From the NCBI GenBank assembly GCA_003251775.1, contig QKEK01000156.1, positions 24,855 to 88,854 of the forward strand: 64,000 nt of DNA, written 5' to 3'. The translations under genes and the position numbers were made by a program. Positions 27,237 to 36,539 of this stretch are shown here, piece after piece (position 1 is the first letter of the stretch; every line of letters begins with the position of its first letter). This stretch comes from Clostridia bacterium. GTDB lineage: Bacteria; Bacillota; Clostridia; DSM-8532; SZUA-474. The notes beneath the pieces were generated by a model that was not told the origin of the DNA, ran no database searches, and worked only from the letters and a program-made list of their open reading frames with translations.

Positions 27237-29423
27237 ATGGTTCACGGAATTAAAAATAAGCTTCTGCTATGGTTTGTAATATTTACTATATTTTTAGGTT
27301 TGTTAACTACAGTAATTGTAAATAACACAAGTAACAGGGCATCAATAATAAATACAGAGAGACTCAATAAGTATATTATCAGTAGTATAGGTAAGGATGT
27401 TGCAGCTATATTAACCTATACCTACAGGGTAAATGATCAGCTTTCAGGATTGCATACTCTTAATAACTACTCAATTGGGTATACCGAGTCTGATATAGTA
27501 AGTTTTTCAGATTTTAACACTTTTGCCAGTCTTTTCAGTATTGATGATTTTAATACTGTTTTAAGCGAGATTAAGCAGAAACCCGGGTTTTACAATGTAA
27601 AAAAATATGGTTTTGATTATATTGGCCTTCTTAGGTTAATAGATAATGGAAAGAAAATACTAATTACCTGTTTTAGAGCCGATCTTTTATACGATCTTTT
27701 TACAAATTCAGAATTGAGTAATAAAGGTGGAATTTATTTAATTGATGATAAAAGCAGGACTCTTCTCTCAACATTCAGATCCCAGGATTTGGAGGTTATA
27801 AATTTCAGTTATTTTAATTTAAAGAATAAAGATATGATGTTTTATAAGGAATTCAAGGATGGAGAAAACCTTATTAATTACTACTATTTAAAGGACTTTA
27901 ATCAGATTCTCTATTTTAGAGTAAACAGAGTATTTACAAGTGGTGGTTTAAATCAGTTAAAAAGTCTTGCATTTTTAATTGAGTTTTTTAGAACTGTAAT
28001 ACTTATAGTTATTGCCTATATTTTAATTAGTTATTTTGTAAAACCTATAGAGATTTTAACTTTTTATATGAATAAATTTATGGCTAACCGTGGTAGAAGC
28101 AGTATAGAAGACAAGATTATAAAATCTTTAAATAGTAGAATAAATTCAAATACTGAAGTCGGAGCTCTTACAAAAACATTCTGTTCCCTATTAATAAGTC
28201 AGAGGGATTTAAATGATGAAATAATTTTTAGGGAGAAATTAAAGGTTGAGGAAGAGAGGATGTCAAAAAACTATATGACATCTATATTCAACTCTATTCC
28301 ATCTATGATTGTCTCAATAGACAGTAGTGAAACAATTACTCACTGGAATACGGGAGCTGAAAAACTTACTGGAAGATTGCGTGAGGATGTTTTAGGATCG
28401 AGTATCTGGGAAGTTTTTCCTGTTCTACAGAGATTTAGATATGACATTGGTAAAATAATTGATGTGTCTATGACTGATCAGTGTTTTGATACTAAAAATG
28501 TTAAATGGGATGGGAAATTTATAAATATTGTTGCAAATGAACTCTCAGATAAGTATGCCAGAGGTGTAATTATAAGGGTTGATGATGTTACGGAGAAGGT
28601 TAGAATTGGTGAGATTCTAATTCAGAGTGAGAAGATGCTGTCGGTAGGTGGTCTTGCAGCGGGTATGGCCCATGAGATAAATAATCCACTAGCAGGTATG
28701 ATGCAGAGTGCAAGTGTTATTAATAACAGACTTTGGGAGTGTATTGATATTCCTGTTAGCCAAAAAGCTGCTGAGGAGGCCGGAACTTCAGTTGAAGCTG
28801 TAAAGAGATTTATCTCCGCTAGAAATATTCCAAAAATGCTAGAAAATATTCAGGAATCAGGGGTTTTAATTAAAACTATAATAACAAATATGCTCGGTTT
28901 TGCACGAAAAGGTTCTGACATAACTTCTGTTTATGATATTGGTGAAATTCTGGAAAAGTCTCTAAAGCTGGCATCTGCAGATTTAAGATGTGTTACTGTT
29001 TCCAAGTTTATTGAAGATAGTGTTCCCCGGGTTCAGTGTGATTCTGTTAAAATTCAGCAGGTATTTCTTAATATAATAGTTAATGCTGTTCATGCAATGG
29101 AAGGGGCTTTAACTGAAAATCCAAAATTAGATATTTTTGTCAGGATGGATAAAGAAGATTTAAACAGAGTTGTTATAGAGTTTGAAGACAATGGCCCGGG
29201 AATTGATTTTAATAGCAGAAAGAGAATTTTTGAACCATTTTTTACTACAAAACCAGTAGGTTTAGGTACTGGTCTTGGTCTAAGCGTTTCTTACTTTATT
29301 ATTACCGAGAACCACGGAGGAGAACTTTCAGTAGATTCTACCCCTGGTTATGGTGCAAAATTTATTATTAAATTACCTATTAAGCATTTGCTTTTAGAAT
29401 CAGGCTCTGCCCCCACTCTTTAG
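27237..29423 (+). CDS. Sensor histidine kinase (periplasmic sensor, TM, PAS, HisKA, HATPase_c), orphan
   Basis: The H-box reads GMAHEINNPLAG. The N, G1 and G2 boxes are NAVHAM, DNGPGI and GLGTGLGLS. A PAS-like region precedes them (ITHWNTGAEKLTG). No response regulator gene is adjacent. Confidence 0.85.
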   Translation: MVHGIKNKLLLWFVIFTIFLGLLTTVIVNNTSNRASIINTERLNKYIISSIGKDVAAILTYTYRVNDQLSGLHTLNNYSIGYTESDIVSFSDFNTFASLFSIDDFNTVLSEIKQKPGFYNVKKYGFDYIGLLRLIDNGKKILITCFRADLLYDLFTNSELSNKGGIYLIDDKSRTLLSTFRSQDLEVINFSYFNLKNKDMMFYKEFKDGENLINYYYLKDFNQILYFRVNRVFTSGGLNQLKSLAFLIEFFRTVILIVIAYILISYFVKPIEILTFYMNKFMANRGRSSIEDKIIKSLNSRINSNTEVGALTKTFCSLLISQRDLNDEIIFREKLKVEEERMSKNYMTSIFNSIPSMIVSIDSSETITHWNTGAEKLTGRLREDVLGSSIWEVFPVLQRFRYDIGKIIDVSMTDQCFDTKNVKWDGKFINIVANELSDKYARGVIIRVDDVTEKVRIGEILIQSEKMLSVGGLAAGMAHEINNPLAGMMQSASVINNRLWECIDIPVSQKAAEEAGTSVEAVKRFISARNIPKMLENIQESGVLIKTIITNMLGFARKGSDITSVYDIGEILEKSLKLASADLRCVTVSKFIEDSVPRVQCDSVKIQQVFLNIIVNAVHAMEGALTENPKLDIFVRMDKEDLNRVVIEFEDNGPGIDFNSRKRIFEPFFTTKPVGLGTGLGLSVSYFIITENHGGELSVDSTPGYGAKFIIKLPIKHLLLESGSAPTL

Positions 29424-29871
29424 CTCTATCCAGTTTCTCTTCCAGTTTTTGGGTTATTGGTTCTACTATGTCTATTTTGTCTATTATATTGTTACCTTCC
29501 AAGCTTTTTTCAAAATTACTAAAAACTTTTCCCATACCCCCTGCATGACAACAGAAAAGTGCTACCTTCTTATTTTTTAAGGAGTGTTCACTAAAAAGTG
29601 TGTTAAAAGTTGGTGCAAATGTTCCTGCCCACACAGGAGTTCCAAATATTATAAGGTCATAATCTTCCATTTTATGTGTTAATGGAACAAGAACCGGCTT
29701 CTTTTTCATAACTGCTGCACGACCACCCCAAACATACTTCATAAATCCTTTTGAAGTCATCTCTTTTTCAGGCTTTAGTTCCATAATATCTGCCTCTATG
29801 GATTTTCCGATTGTTTCTGCAATTATTTTTGTATTTCCTTCGTATGAGTAATAAACAATTAATGTTTTCAC
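29380..29871 (-). CDS. Flavodoxin-family protein
   Basis: The N-terminus MKTLIVYYSYEGNTK is an FMN phosphate-binding loop. The protein is about 160 aa. Confidence 0.8.
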   Translation of the reverse strand: MKTLIVYYSYEGNTKIIAETIGKSIEADIMELKPEKEMTSKGFMKYVWGGRAAVMKKKPVLVPLTHKMEDYDLIIFGTPVWAGTFAPTFNTLFSEHSLKNKKVALFCCHAGGMGKVFSNFEKSLEGNNIIDKIDIVEPITQKLEEKLDRAKEWGQSLILKANA

Positions 29872-30611
29872 TTTTTGTCTCTCCCGATATCTATATAATT
29901 TATTTGTGTAATTATCTTTTTTTCACTGAATTCAAGATATCTCCAGCCAGGATTGTAAGATTCGATAGTAAAATCCAGATGGTTTCTGTCTATTTGAAAT
30001 ATGTTTGAAGGTGTTAGGTATATTTGCTGATTTCCATACTCTTTTATTATTTCTGTATGGTAGTGTCCACAAAAAATTGTCAGCTTTTTATTTATATTTA
30101 AGAAAAGTTCCTGGGTCTGTTCAATATTTCGTAAAGGATATTTTGTATCCATAAACTTTGAACCCATTAGTACAGGTGGGTGGTGCATAAATATGATAAT
30201 TTCATCATCGGTGTTATTTTTTATCTCATTTTTGATCCAATCCTGTTGTTCTATTGGAAGTCTGTTATTATATGTATCAAGAAAGAGAACCTGTCTATTC
30301 CACTCTTTTAGAGAGTAGAATGTTGTACTCATGTTAAATACTTCTTTTATCATTTGCGGATTATCATGATTTCCCGGAATTATAAGGTATTCAAAACCCC
30401 ACTCATCCAGTTTTTCCTTAATCCATTTATAGATGTATATTTTAGGTACGTTATAGCAAAGATCGCCGGTTATTATAATGAAATTTATATTGCTGGATTT
30501 TATATCCTGGAATAGTTTAAGAAGATTACTTTTAGTACTAATGTTATATCTTAACTCTTCATCATTATCTATGTGTATATCAGTTATAACAGCAACTCTA
30601 TATGGTATCAT
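29868..30611 (-). CDS. Calcineurin-like metallophosphoesterase (CpdA-like)
   Basis: Motifs ITDIHID, GDL, GNHD, HHPP and GHYH occur in the canonical order. A 4-nt overlap links it with the flavodoxin gene. Confidence 0.8.
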   Translation of the reverse strand: MIPYRVAVITDIHIDNDEELRYNISTKSNLLKLFQDIKSSNINFIIITGDLCYNVPKIYIYKWIKEKLDEWGFEYLIIPGNHDNPQMIKEVFNMSTTFYSLKEWNRQVLFLDTYNNRLPIEQQDWIKNEIKNNTDDEIIIFMHHPPVLMGSKFMDTKYPLRNIEQTQELFLNINKKLTIFCGHYHTEIIKEYGNQQIYLTPSNIFQIDRNHLDFTIESYNPGWRYLEFSEKKIITQINYIDIGRDKK

Positions 30612-30663
30612 TTTTTCATTTTAGTTCTATATTAATAAGTTAACAACCGTTTATGTTTAAAAT

Positions 30664-30696
30664 ATAAAAAAAGTCGGAATACCAAGTATTCCGACT
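30664..30696 (-). terminator. Rho-independent terminator of the sugar ABC operon (minus strand)
   Basis: An 11-bp perfect stem AGTCGGAATAC/GTATTCCGACT (30672-30696) is followed on the minus strand by a T-run (plus-strand A-run 30664-30671). Confidence 0.7.
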
Positions 30697-30702
30697 AAAA
30701 AA

Positions 30703-31674
30703 CTAGAGCTTTTTTTTGATCATGGTTCTTGACTGAACAATAACAACAGCTAAAAGGATAACTCCTGTTGCAATGTTTTGCCACCATGTATTTAAATTTC
30801 CCTGGAGATTAAAAATTTGTCTCATAATACCAAGTATTAGAACACCAAAAAATGTTCCGCTTAGCTTCCCTCTACCACCTGTAATTAGGGTTCCACCAAT
30901 TACTGTTGCAGCAATTGCATACATCTCCCATCCGTCACCTGCTGTAAACTGCCCTGAACCTAGTCTTGAAGTCATTACAAGTCCAGACACTGAAGCTAAA
31001 AGTCCGCTAATCATGTATGTTGCCCATTTTACCTTGTTAACATTAATACCCATCATCCTTGCAGCTTCAATATTTCCACCGATAGCATAAATATGTCGTC
31101 CAAATCTAGTATATTTTAACAGAAGACCACCAATAATAAGAATTAAAAGAAACCATAAAAGGGCGTTAGGTATCATTGGAATAATTTCACCTTTAGCTAT
31201 TGCTTTAAAAGCTAAAGTTCTATCGGGAGTAGGTACAGATTTACTTCCCGTAGTTAAGTGAATATATCCTCTTATCCCGATCATGGATGCCAGAGTTGCA
31301 ATAAATGGTACAATTTTTAATTTTACTACCATAAATGCATTTAAGGAACCAAGAGCCAATCCGGTTAGGAGGGTTAGGGCTACAACTATAACAATATTGT
31401 AACTACTCATCCTTGCTGCAACAATACCACTAATAGCCAGAATTGAACCTACTGAAAGATCAATACCACCGGCAATAATAACTATTGTCATACCAAAAGC
31501 GATAAAACCAACCATTGTGTTTTGAACAAGCAGGTTTGTCACAAAGAGTCGTGATAAGAATACATCATACTTTATAGAAGCAAATATAAATAATAATATA
31601 AATATCAGCAATGAACTGTGCTCTTTTAAAACGTATTGTAAGTTAAAATTTTTATGTTTTTTAATATCCATCAC
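30703..31674 (-). CDS. Sugar ABC transporter permease (RbsC/YjfF-like)
   Basis: The protein has about 10 TM segments and looks like the BPD_transp_2 type. It is the last gene of a binding protein-ATPase-permease-permease operon. Confidence 0.9.
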   Translation of the reverse strand: MMDIKKHKNFNLQYVLKEHSSLLIFILLFIFASIKYDVFLSRLFVTNLLVQNTMVGFIAFGMTIVIIAGGIDLSVGSILAISGIVAARMSSYNIVIVVALTLLTGLALGSLNAFMVVKLKIVPFIATLASMIGIRGYIHLTTGSKSVPTPDRTLAFKAIAKGEIIPMIPNALLWFLLILIIGGLLLKYTRFGRHIYAIGGNIEAARMMGINVNKVKWATYMISGLLASVSGLVMTSRLGSGQFTAGDGWEMYAIAATVIGGTLITGGRGKLSGTFFGVLILGIMRQIFNLQGNLNTWWQNIATGVILLAVVIVQSRTMIKKKL

Positions 31675-31679
31675 TACCC

Positions 31680-32645
31680 CTACCTTTTACTGTGTAAAAA
31701 TCTCTGAGCCCAGAGTGCCAATATAATAATTATAGCTTTTAATATAAGTGAATATTCAAAAGATATATTATTCATATTTACCATTGTTGTTATTACCTGA
31801 ATTATTAATGCACCAAAAACAGTACCAATAATATTAGGTTTTCCACCATTCATTGGTGTACCACCAATTGCTACTGCTGCTATTGCATCAAGTTCTATCA
31901 TACTTCCAAGAATATTTGCATCTGATGCGGATATCCTTGCTGTATCAATAACTCCTGCAATACTTGCAAGGAAAGCACAGGTCGCATATATACCGATTTT
32001 AACAACAAATGTATTTATACCAACTAATTCTGTAGCTTTATGGTTCTCTCCTACTGCCTGGATTTTCCTTCCAAAAACCATTCTTGAAGAGATAAAATAC
32101 ATAATTATTATTGCTACAAATGCAATTACAACCTGTATTGGTATTTCTCCAAAAATTCTGTGTCTCCCGATAAATACATATTCAGGACTGTCTAATCTCA
32201 GAATTTTTGAGTCATTAATTATCTGTGCAACTCCCCTTATTCCGATCATTAGAGAAAGAGTTACAATTATTGGTTGTATATTGAATTTTGCTATTATAGC
32301 CCCTGCTAAAACTCCAGATAATATACCTGTAATTATACCTATTGTAATGGATTGAACAGCTCCTATACCAACAAGTTTTGCTGATACCATGGACACTAAT
32401 GCCATTACAGACCCTACAGAGATATCAATTCCACCGGAAGCAATAACCCATGTCATTCCCAAAGCTACAAGCAGTGAGGATGTTACCTGTATTGCCAGGT
32501 TTCTTAAAGTATTAACACTTGCAAAATTAGGTGTAAAAATAACATTAACAATAACAATAAAAAATAGAACCATTAACGGTGAATAATCAATTAAACGATT
32601 AATAACAATGTCTCTATTTAGTCTTTCTTTAAGTGGTGCTACCAT
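31680..32645 (-). CDS. Sugar ABC transporter permease (RbsC/YtfT-like)
   Basis: It is a paralogous multi-TM permease and contains a GGIDISVGS block. Confidence 0.9.
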   Translation of the reverse strand: MVAPLKERLNRDIVINRLIDYSPLMVLFFIVIVNVIFTPNFASVNTLRNLAIQVTSSLLVALGMTWVIASGGIDISVGSVMALVSMVSAKLVGIGAVQSITIGIITGILSGVLAGAIIAKFNIQPIIVTLSLMIGIRGVAQIINDSKILRLDSPEYVFIGRHRIFGEIPIQVVIAFVAIIIMYFISSRMVFGRKIQAVGENHKATELVGINTFVVKIGIYATCAFLASIAGVIDTARISASDANILGSMIELDAIAAVAIGGTPMNGGKPNIIGTVFGALIIQVITTMVNMNNISFEYSLILKAIIIILALWAQRFLHSKR

Positions 32646-32660
32646 TTAAGCCTCCTAATT

Positions 32661-34175
32661 TTAGTTAATTACTGCTCCATGAGCAATTTTATCCATGATT
32701 GCGCTAACCGTTATGGCTTCATTCTTTAATCCACCTACTGTTTTACCATCTTTAATAACCTGAACCCTGTCACAAGACTGTACCAGCTCTTCAAGTTCTG
32801 ATGATACCATTAATACGCTTATTCCATCTTCAGCAAGTTGTTCTACAAGATCAAGAATCTCTTTTTTTGCACCAACATCAATTCCTCTAGTTGGTTCATC
32901 AAGAATAAGCAGTTCAGGATGGGCACAGAGCCATCTGGCAAGTAGAACCTTTTGCTGATTTCCTCCACTTAAACTTCTTATTGGCTGATTTGGATTGGAA
33001 ACTTTAATTTTTAGAGCTTTAATATATTTATCTACAATTTTATTTTGCTCTCTTCTAGAAAGGAGTCCAAACCTGGATATACTACCCATAATTGCCAGGG
33101 TTAGATTCTCTCTAACAGACATATAGGGAATAATTCCTTCAGATTTTCTGTCTTCAGAGCAGTAGGCAATTTTGTTTTTTATTGCTGCTCTAGTATTATG
33201 GATTTTAGTTTTTTCACCATTAACTTCAAAATGACCGGATGAAAGGTAGTCTGCTCCAAATATTAGCCTGATAAGTTCTGTTCTTCCTGAACCCAATAGA
33301 CCTGCAAGTCCAAGGATCTCTCCTTTTCTAACTTCAATATTTTGTCCGTTTACCTTAGGCTTTGCAACAAGGTCTATACCTTTTACTATTGCCTCATCCT
33401 TAATTTTAGAGTCATTGTAAGCTTTTCTATATGAAACAATACTTGAAGCATCCATTCCAATCATTTTTGAAACCATTTCAAGTCTTGTTATATTTTCTGT
33501 TTTAGATGTTGCAACTAGTTCACCATCTTTTAATATACTCATTTCATCACTCATTTCAAAAACTTCATCAAGTCTGTGAGTAATAAATATAACCGAGATT
33601 CCTCTTGCTTTTAAATCTCTGATTACCTGAAACAGAATCTGAACTTCAGAACTGTCCAGAGAAGAGGTTGGCTCATCCAGTACAACAAGTTTTGCATTAA
33701 TTGATATAGCTCTGGCAATTGAAACCATCTGCTGTATTGCTGTGCTTTTAGTAGAAAGGATATCGTTTACATTAACATCTATACCCATGGATTTTAAAAT
33801 CTCATCAGCCCGTCTTTCGGTCTCTTTCCAATCTATAAAGCTATTTTTTCTAATCTCTCTCCCAAGAAATATATTTTCACAAATACTTAGATCCGGTATT
33901 AGATCCAGTTCTTGATAAACGGTACTAACACCTTTGTGATTCGCTTCAGCCGGAGAGTTAATTACTATTGTCTCTCCATCCAGGATTACTTCTCCAGAGT
34001 CCATGGTTTCAACACCTGTTAATACTTTTATTAGTGTTGATTTCCCAGCTCCGTTTTCACCCATTAAAGCGTGTACTTTCCCTCTGGAAACTATCAACTC
34101 TACATTATTTAAAGCTTTAACTCCTGGATATTGCTTATTGATATTCTTCATGTGTAATAATACATCTCTATCCAA
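32661..34175 (-). CDS. Sugar ABC transporter ATP-binding protein, duplicated ATPase (RbsA/YtfR-like)
   Basis: There are two nucleotide-binding domains: Walker A GENGAGKST and GLLGSGRTE, signature LSGGNQQK, and Walker B LILDEPT. Confidence 0.95.
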   Translation of the reverse strand: MDRDVLLHMKNINKQYPGVKALNNVELIVSRGKVHALMGENGAGKSTLIKVLTGVETMDSGEVILDGETIVINSPAEANHKGVSTVYQELDLIPDLSICENIFLGREIRKNSFIDWKETERRADEILKSMGIDVNVNDILSTKSTAIQQMVSIARAISINAKLVVLDEPTSSLDSSEVQILFQVIRDLKARGISVIFITHRLDEVFEMSDEMSILKDGELVATSKTENITRLEMVSKMIGMDASSIVSYRKAYNDSKIKDEAIVKGIDLVAKPKVNGQNIEVRKGEILGLAGLLGSGRTELIRLIFGADYLSSGHFEVNGEKTKIHNTRAAIKNKIAYCSEDRKSEGIIPYMSVRENLTLAIMGSISRFGLLSRREQNKIVDKYIKALKIKVSNPNQPIRSLSGGNQQKVLLARWLCAHPELLILDEPTRGIDVGAKKEILDLVEQLAEDGISVLMVSSELEELVQSCDRVQVIKDGKTVGGLKNEAITVSAIMDKIAHGAVIN

Positions 34176-34278
34176 AACATGGTCTCCTTTTTATCTGTAT
34201 ACAAATATGCCGACCATAATCAGCCGGCACATTTTTACATAGTCTTTAATATTTTGCTCTTCAAATTACAGGGTATAA

Positions 34279-35265
34279 TTAGAATGCAAACTCATAGCTG
34301 TTAGCAGCATTTTTTATAGTAAAAATCTTGTCTGGAACAATTGTTTCTTTTTTAACAACTCCACCATCAAGAACTGTTTGAATTACATCAAATACTGTTG
34401 GTCCCTGCATTGGTGAACATTGAACACAAGCTTCCCACTCACCAGCAAGAATTGCATCTAAAGCTTCTTTTTGACCATCGATAGAAACGATTTTGATATC
34501 AACACCTGGAGTTAAACCAGCATCTTTAATTGCTTGAGTTACACCTAGTGCCATACCATCGTTGTGAGCGAATACATAGTCAATATTTTCAGCACCTTGT
34601 GATTCAATGATGTTAGCCATTGCATCTAAAGCTTCAGTCATATTGAAGTTACATGTTTGTTCAACAATAATTTTCATATTAGGGAACTGCTCTTTCATTA
34701 CTTTTCTGAATCCTGCAGCTCTACCATCAACTGATGAAGTTCCCTCGATTCCTCTAATTTCTACAACTCTTGCAGCCGGGTTATCAGCACCTACAACTTC
34801 AGCACATCTTTCACCTTCCCAAGCTTGGTCTGAGTATACTGTTGTTAAGTAAGGACCGTTAGTAGTTCTACCTGTTGTAATAACTGTAACACCCATCTCT
34901 TTTGCTGTTTCTAGAACTGACTCTAAACCAGTATTCTCCATAGGTGCAACTACAAGGAAATCTAAACCTTGAGCTAACATATCCTCAATGTTTGATACGT
35001 GTGTAGCCATATCATCGTTAGCATCAGTATAAACATACTTAACACCACGAATTTTAGCTTCTTTTTCCATACTTTCTGTTAATGCAACCATCCAAGGATT
35101 TGGGTTACCACTCTGTGCAAAACCAACTTTAAGTTCTTTCATAGTTTTTGGTTTAGCATCCATTTTTTTGTCAGATTCTTTTGACCCATTAGCAAATACA
35201 AAACTGGTTTGTAATGCAAACAACACAACTAACAATGATACAATTTTTTTCATTTGTCTCTCCAT
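34279..35265 (-). CDS. Periplasmic sugar-binding protein (type I PBP, RbsB/YtfQ-like)
   Basis: It has a signal peptide, is about 330 aa with type I PBP composition, and is the first gene of the ABC operon. Confidence 0.9.
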   Translation of the reverse strand: MERQMKKIVSLLVVLFALQTSFVFANGSKESDKKMDAKPKTMKELKVGFAQSGNPNPWMVALTESMEKEAKIRGVKYVYTDANDDMATHVSNIEDMLAQGLDFLVVAPMENTGLESVLETAKEMGVTVITTGRTTNGPYLTTVYSDQAWEGERCAEVVGADNPAARVVEIRGIEGTSSVDGRAAGFRKVMKEQFPNMKIIVEQTCNFNMTEALDAMANIIESQGAENIDYVFAHNDGMALGVTQAIKDAGLTPGVDIKIVSIDGQKEALDAILAGEWEACVQCSPMQGPTVFDVIQTVLDGGVVKKETIVPDKIFTIKNAANSYEFAF

Positions 35266-35402
35266 TTTTTTTAATATCGTACTTTAAGTGTAACTCACAT
35301 CTGGCAGTTGTAAATGAAATAGATTTTGAATATTGTTCATTATTATTTGATATTTATTTATTTATTATAATTTTTTTTGAAATATAAAATATTTTTTGAA
35401 AA

Positions 35403-36374
35403 CTAGAATGCTTCATCAATATATTTATAAGCATTTTCCTTGGTGAATATTCTGTCATTATTAATGTATAGTTCTTCAATCTTTTCGTTGTTTATATGCT
35501 TGTTTATAATATCAAAAACTTTTGGTCCAAAATAGGGTGTACATCCAATTGATGCCAGAAGATCATCTGCAATAATTGCTTTTAGTGCATCTTTCTCCCC
35601 ATCTATAGATATAACTGTTACATCTACACCAGGTTCAATACCAGCTGCTTTAAGGGCAATTATAGCTCCTATAGCCATTTCATCATTGTGGGCAAAAACT
35701 GCAGAAATGTTCTCTTTATGCTCTCTTATAATATTTTCCATAGCCTTTTTTCCTGCAGATCTGTAAAAATCTGCGCTTATTGAGGCGATAATATTCATTT
35801 TAGGGTACTGATTTATTATTTGTTTAAATCCTAAAGTTCTTTCTGCTGCACTGGATGATCCCGGGGTTCCTGTTAACTCGATAATATTTGCTGTCCCATT
35901 TGTTGCTTCTGCAAGTATTTTTCCTGCCTGCTCTGCTTCCCATATATTATCTGAGATTATAAGTGTCAGGTAGTCAACTCCCGGTCGCCCCTGGGTTGCT
36001 CTATCAATTAATATTACCTTGCAGTTCTTGTTTCTGGCCATTATAAGGGCTTTTCTAAAGTCGTAATATGTTTTTGGTGCAAGAATAAGATAGTCCAGGT
36101 TCTGTTCAAGTAAATACTCTATATCTTTTAATTGCTGCTCTATTGAACCTTTTGCATCTCTATAAAAGAGTTCAACCCCAAGATTTTCAGCTTCAGAAAT
36201 AATACTGTTGGTTTCTGTAACCCTCCATGGACCATTGTTCTCCATCTGGGAAAAGCCAACTCTTACATCGGATATTTTCTCAACTATTCGCCTGTTTTCA
36301 CTGTTTTTATTGTTAGGAGTACAACCTGTTATAAGAAACAGTATTACCAGAAAAAAATAAATTTTATTTATCAT
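35403..36374 (-). CDS. Second type I periplasmic sugar-binding lipoprotein, probable sensor partner of the adjacent YesMN-like system
   Basis: The lipobox is LFLITGC and the fold is RbsB-like. It is monocistronic and divergent from the histidine kinase gene. The ATG at 36374 is preferred over the TTG at 36392. Confidence 0.75.
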   Translation of the reverse strand: MINKIYFFLVILFLITGCTPNNKNSENRRIVEKISDVRVGFSQMENNGPWRVTETNSIISEAENLGVELFYRDAKGSIEQQLKDIEYLLEQNLDYLILAPKTYYDFRKALIMARNKNCKVILIDRATQGRPGVDYLTLIISDNIWEAEQAGKILAEATNGTANIIELTGTPGSSSAAERTLGFKQIINQYPKMNIIASISADFYRSAGKKAMENIIREHKENISAVFAHNDEMAIGAIIALKAAGIEPGVDVTVISIDGEKDALKAIIADDLLASIGCTPYFGPKVFDIINKHINNEKIEELYINNDRIFTKENAYKYIDEAF

Positions 36375-36539
36375 GTCGAATTTTTTCTCCAATTATGGAT
36401 ATTTTTATATTATTATATACCTATTACGGAATCATGAAACATCATTTTTTTGCAAATACATAATATATGTGCTATATTGTCATGTAAGAATATTGGAGGG
36501 TTGGTGCTTAAGCAGAACATACAAGATTTTTTTGGAAAA

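Noticed and set aside
27150-27245. N-terminal 32-aa extension of prs (and similar extensions at 8881-8937, 24270-24332, 46777-46812)
   Set aside because: The extensions are Tyr/Ile-rich AT-driven sequence without homology. Internal ATGs have RBSs or coupling overlaps and give canonical N-termini.
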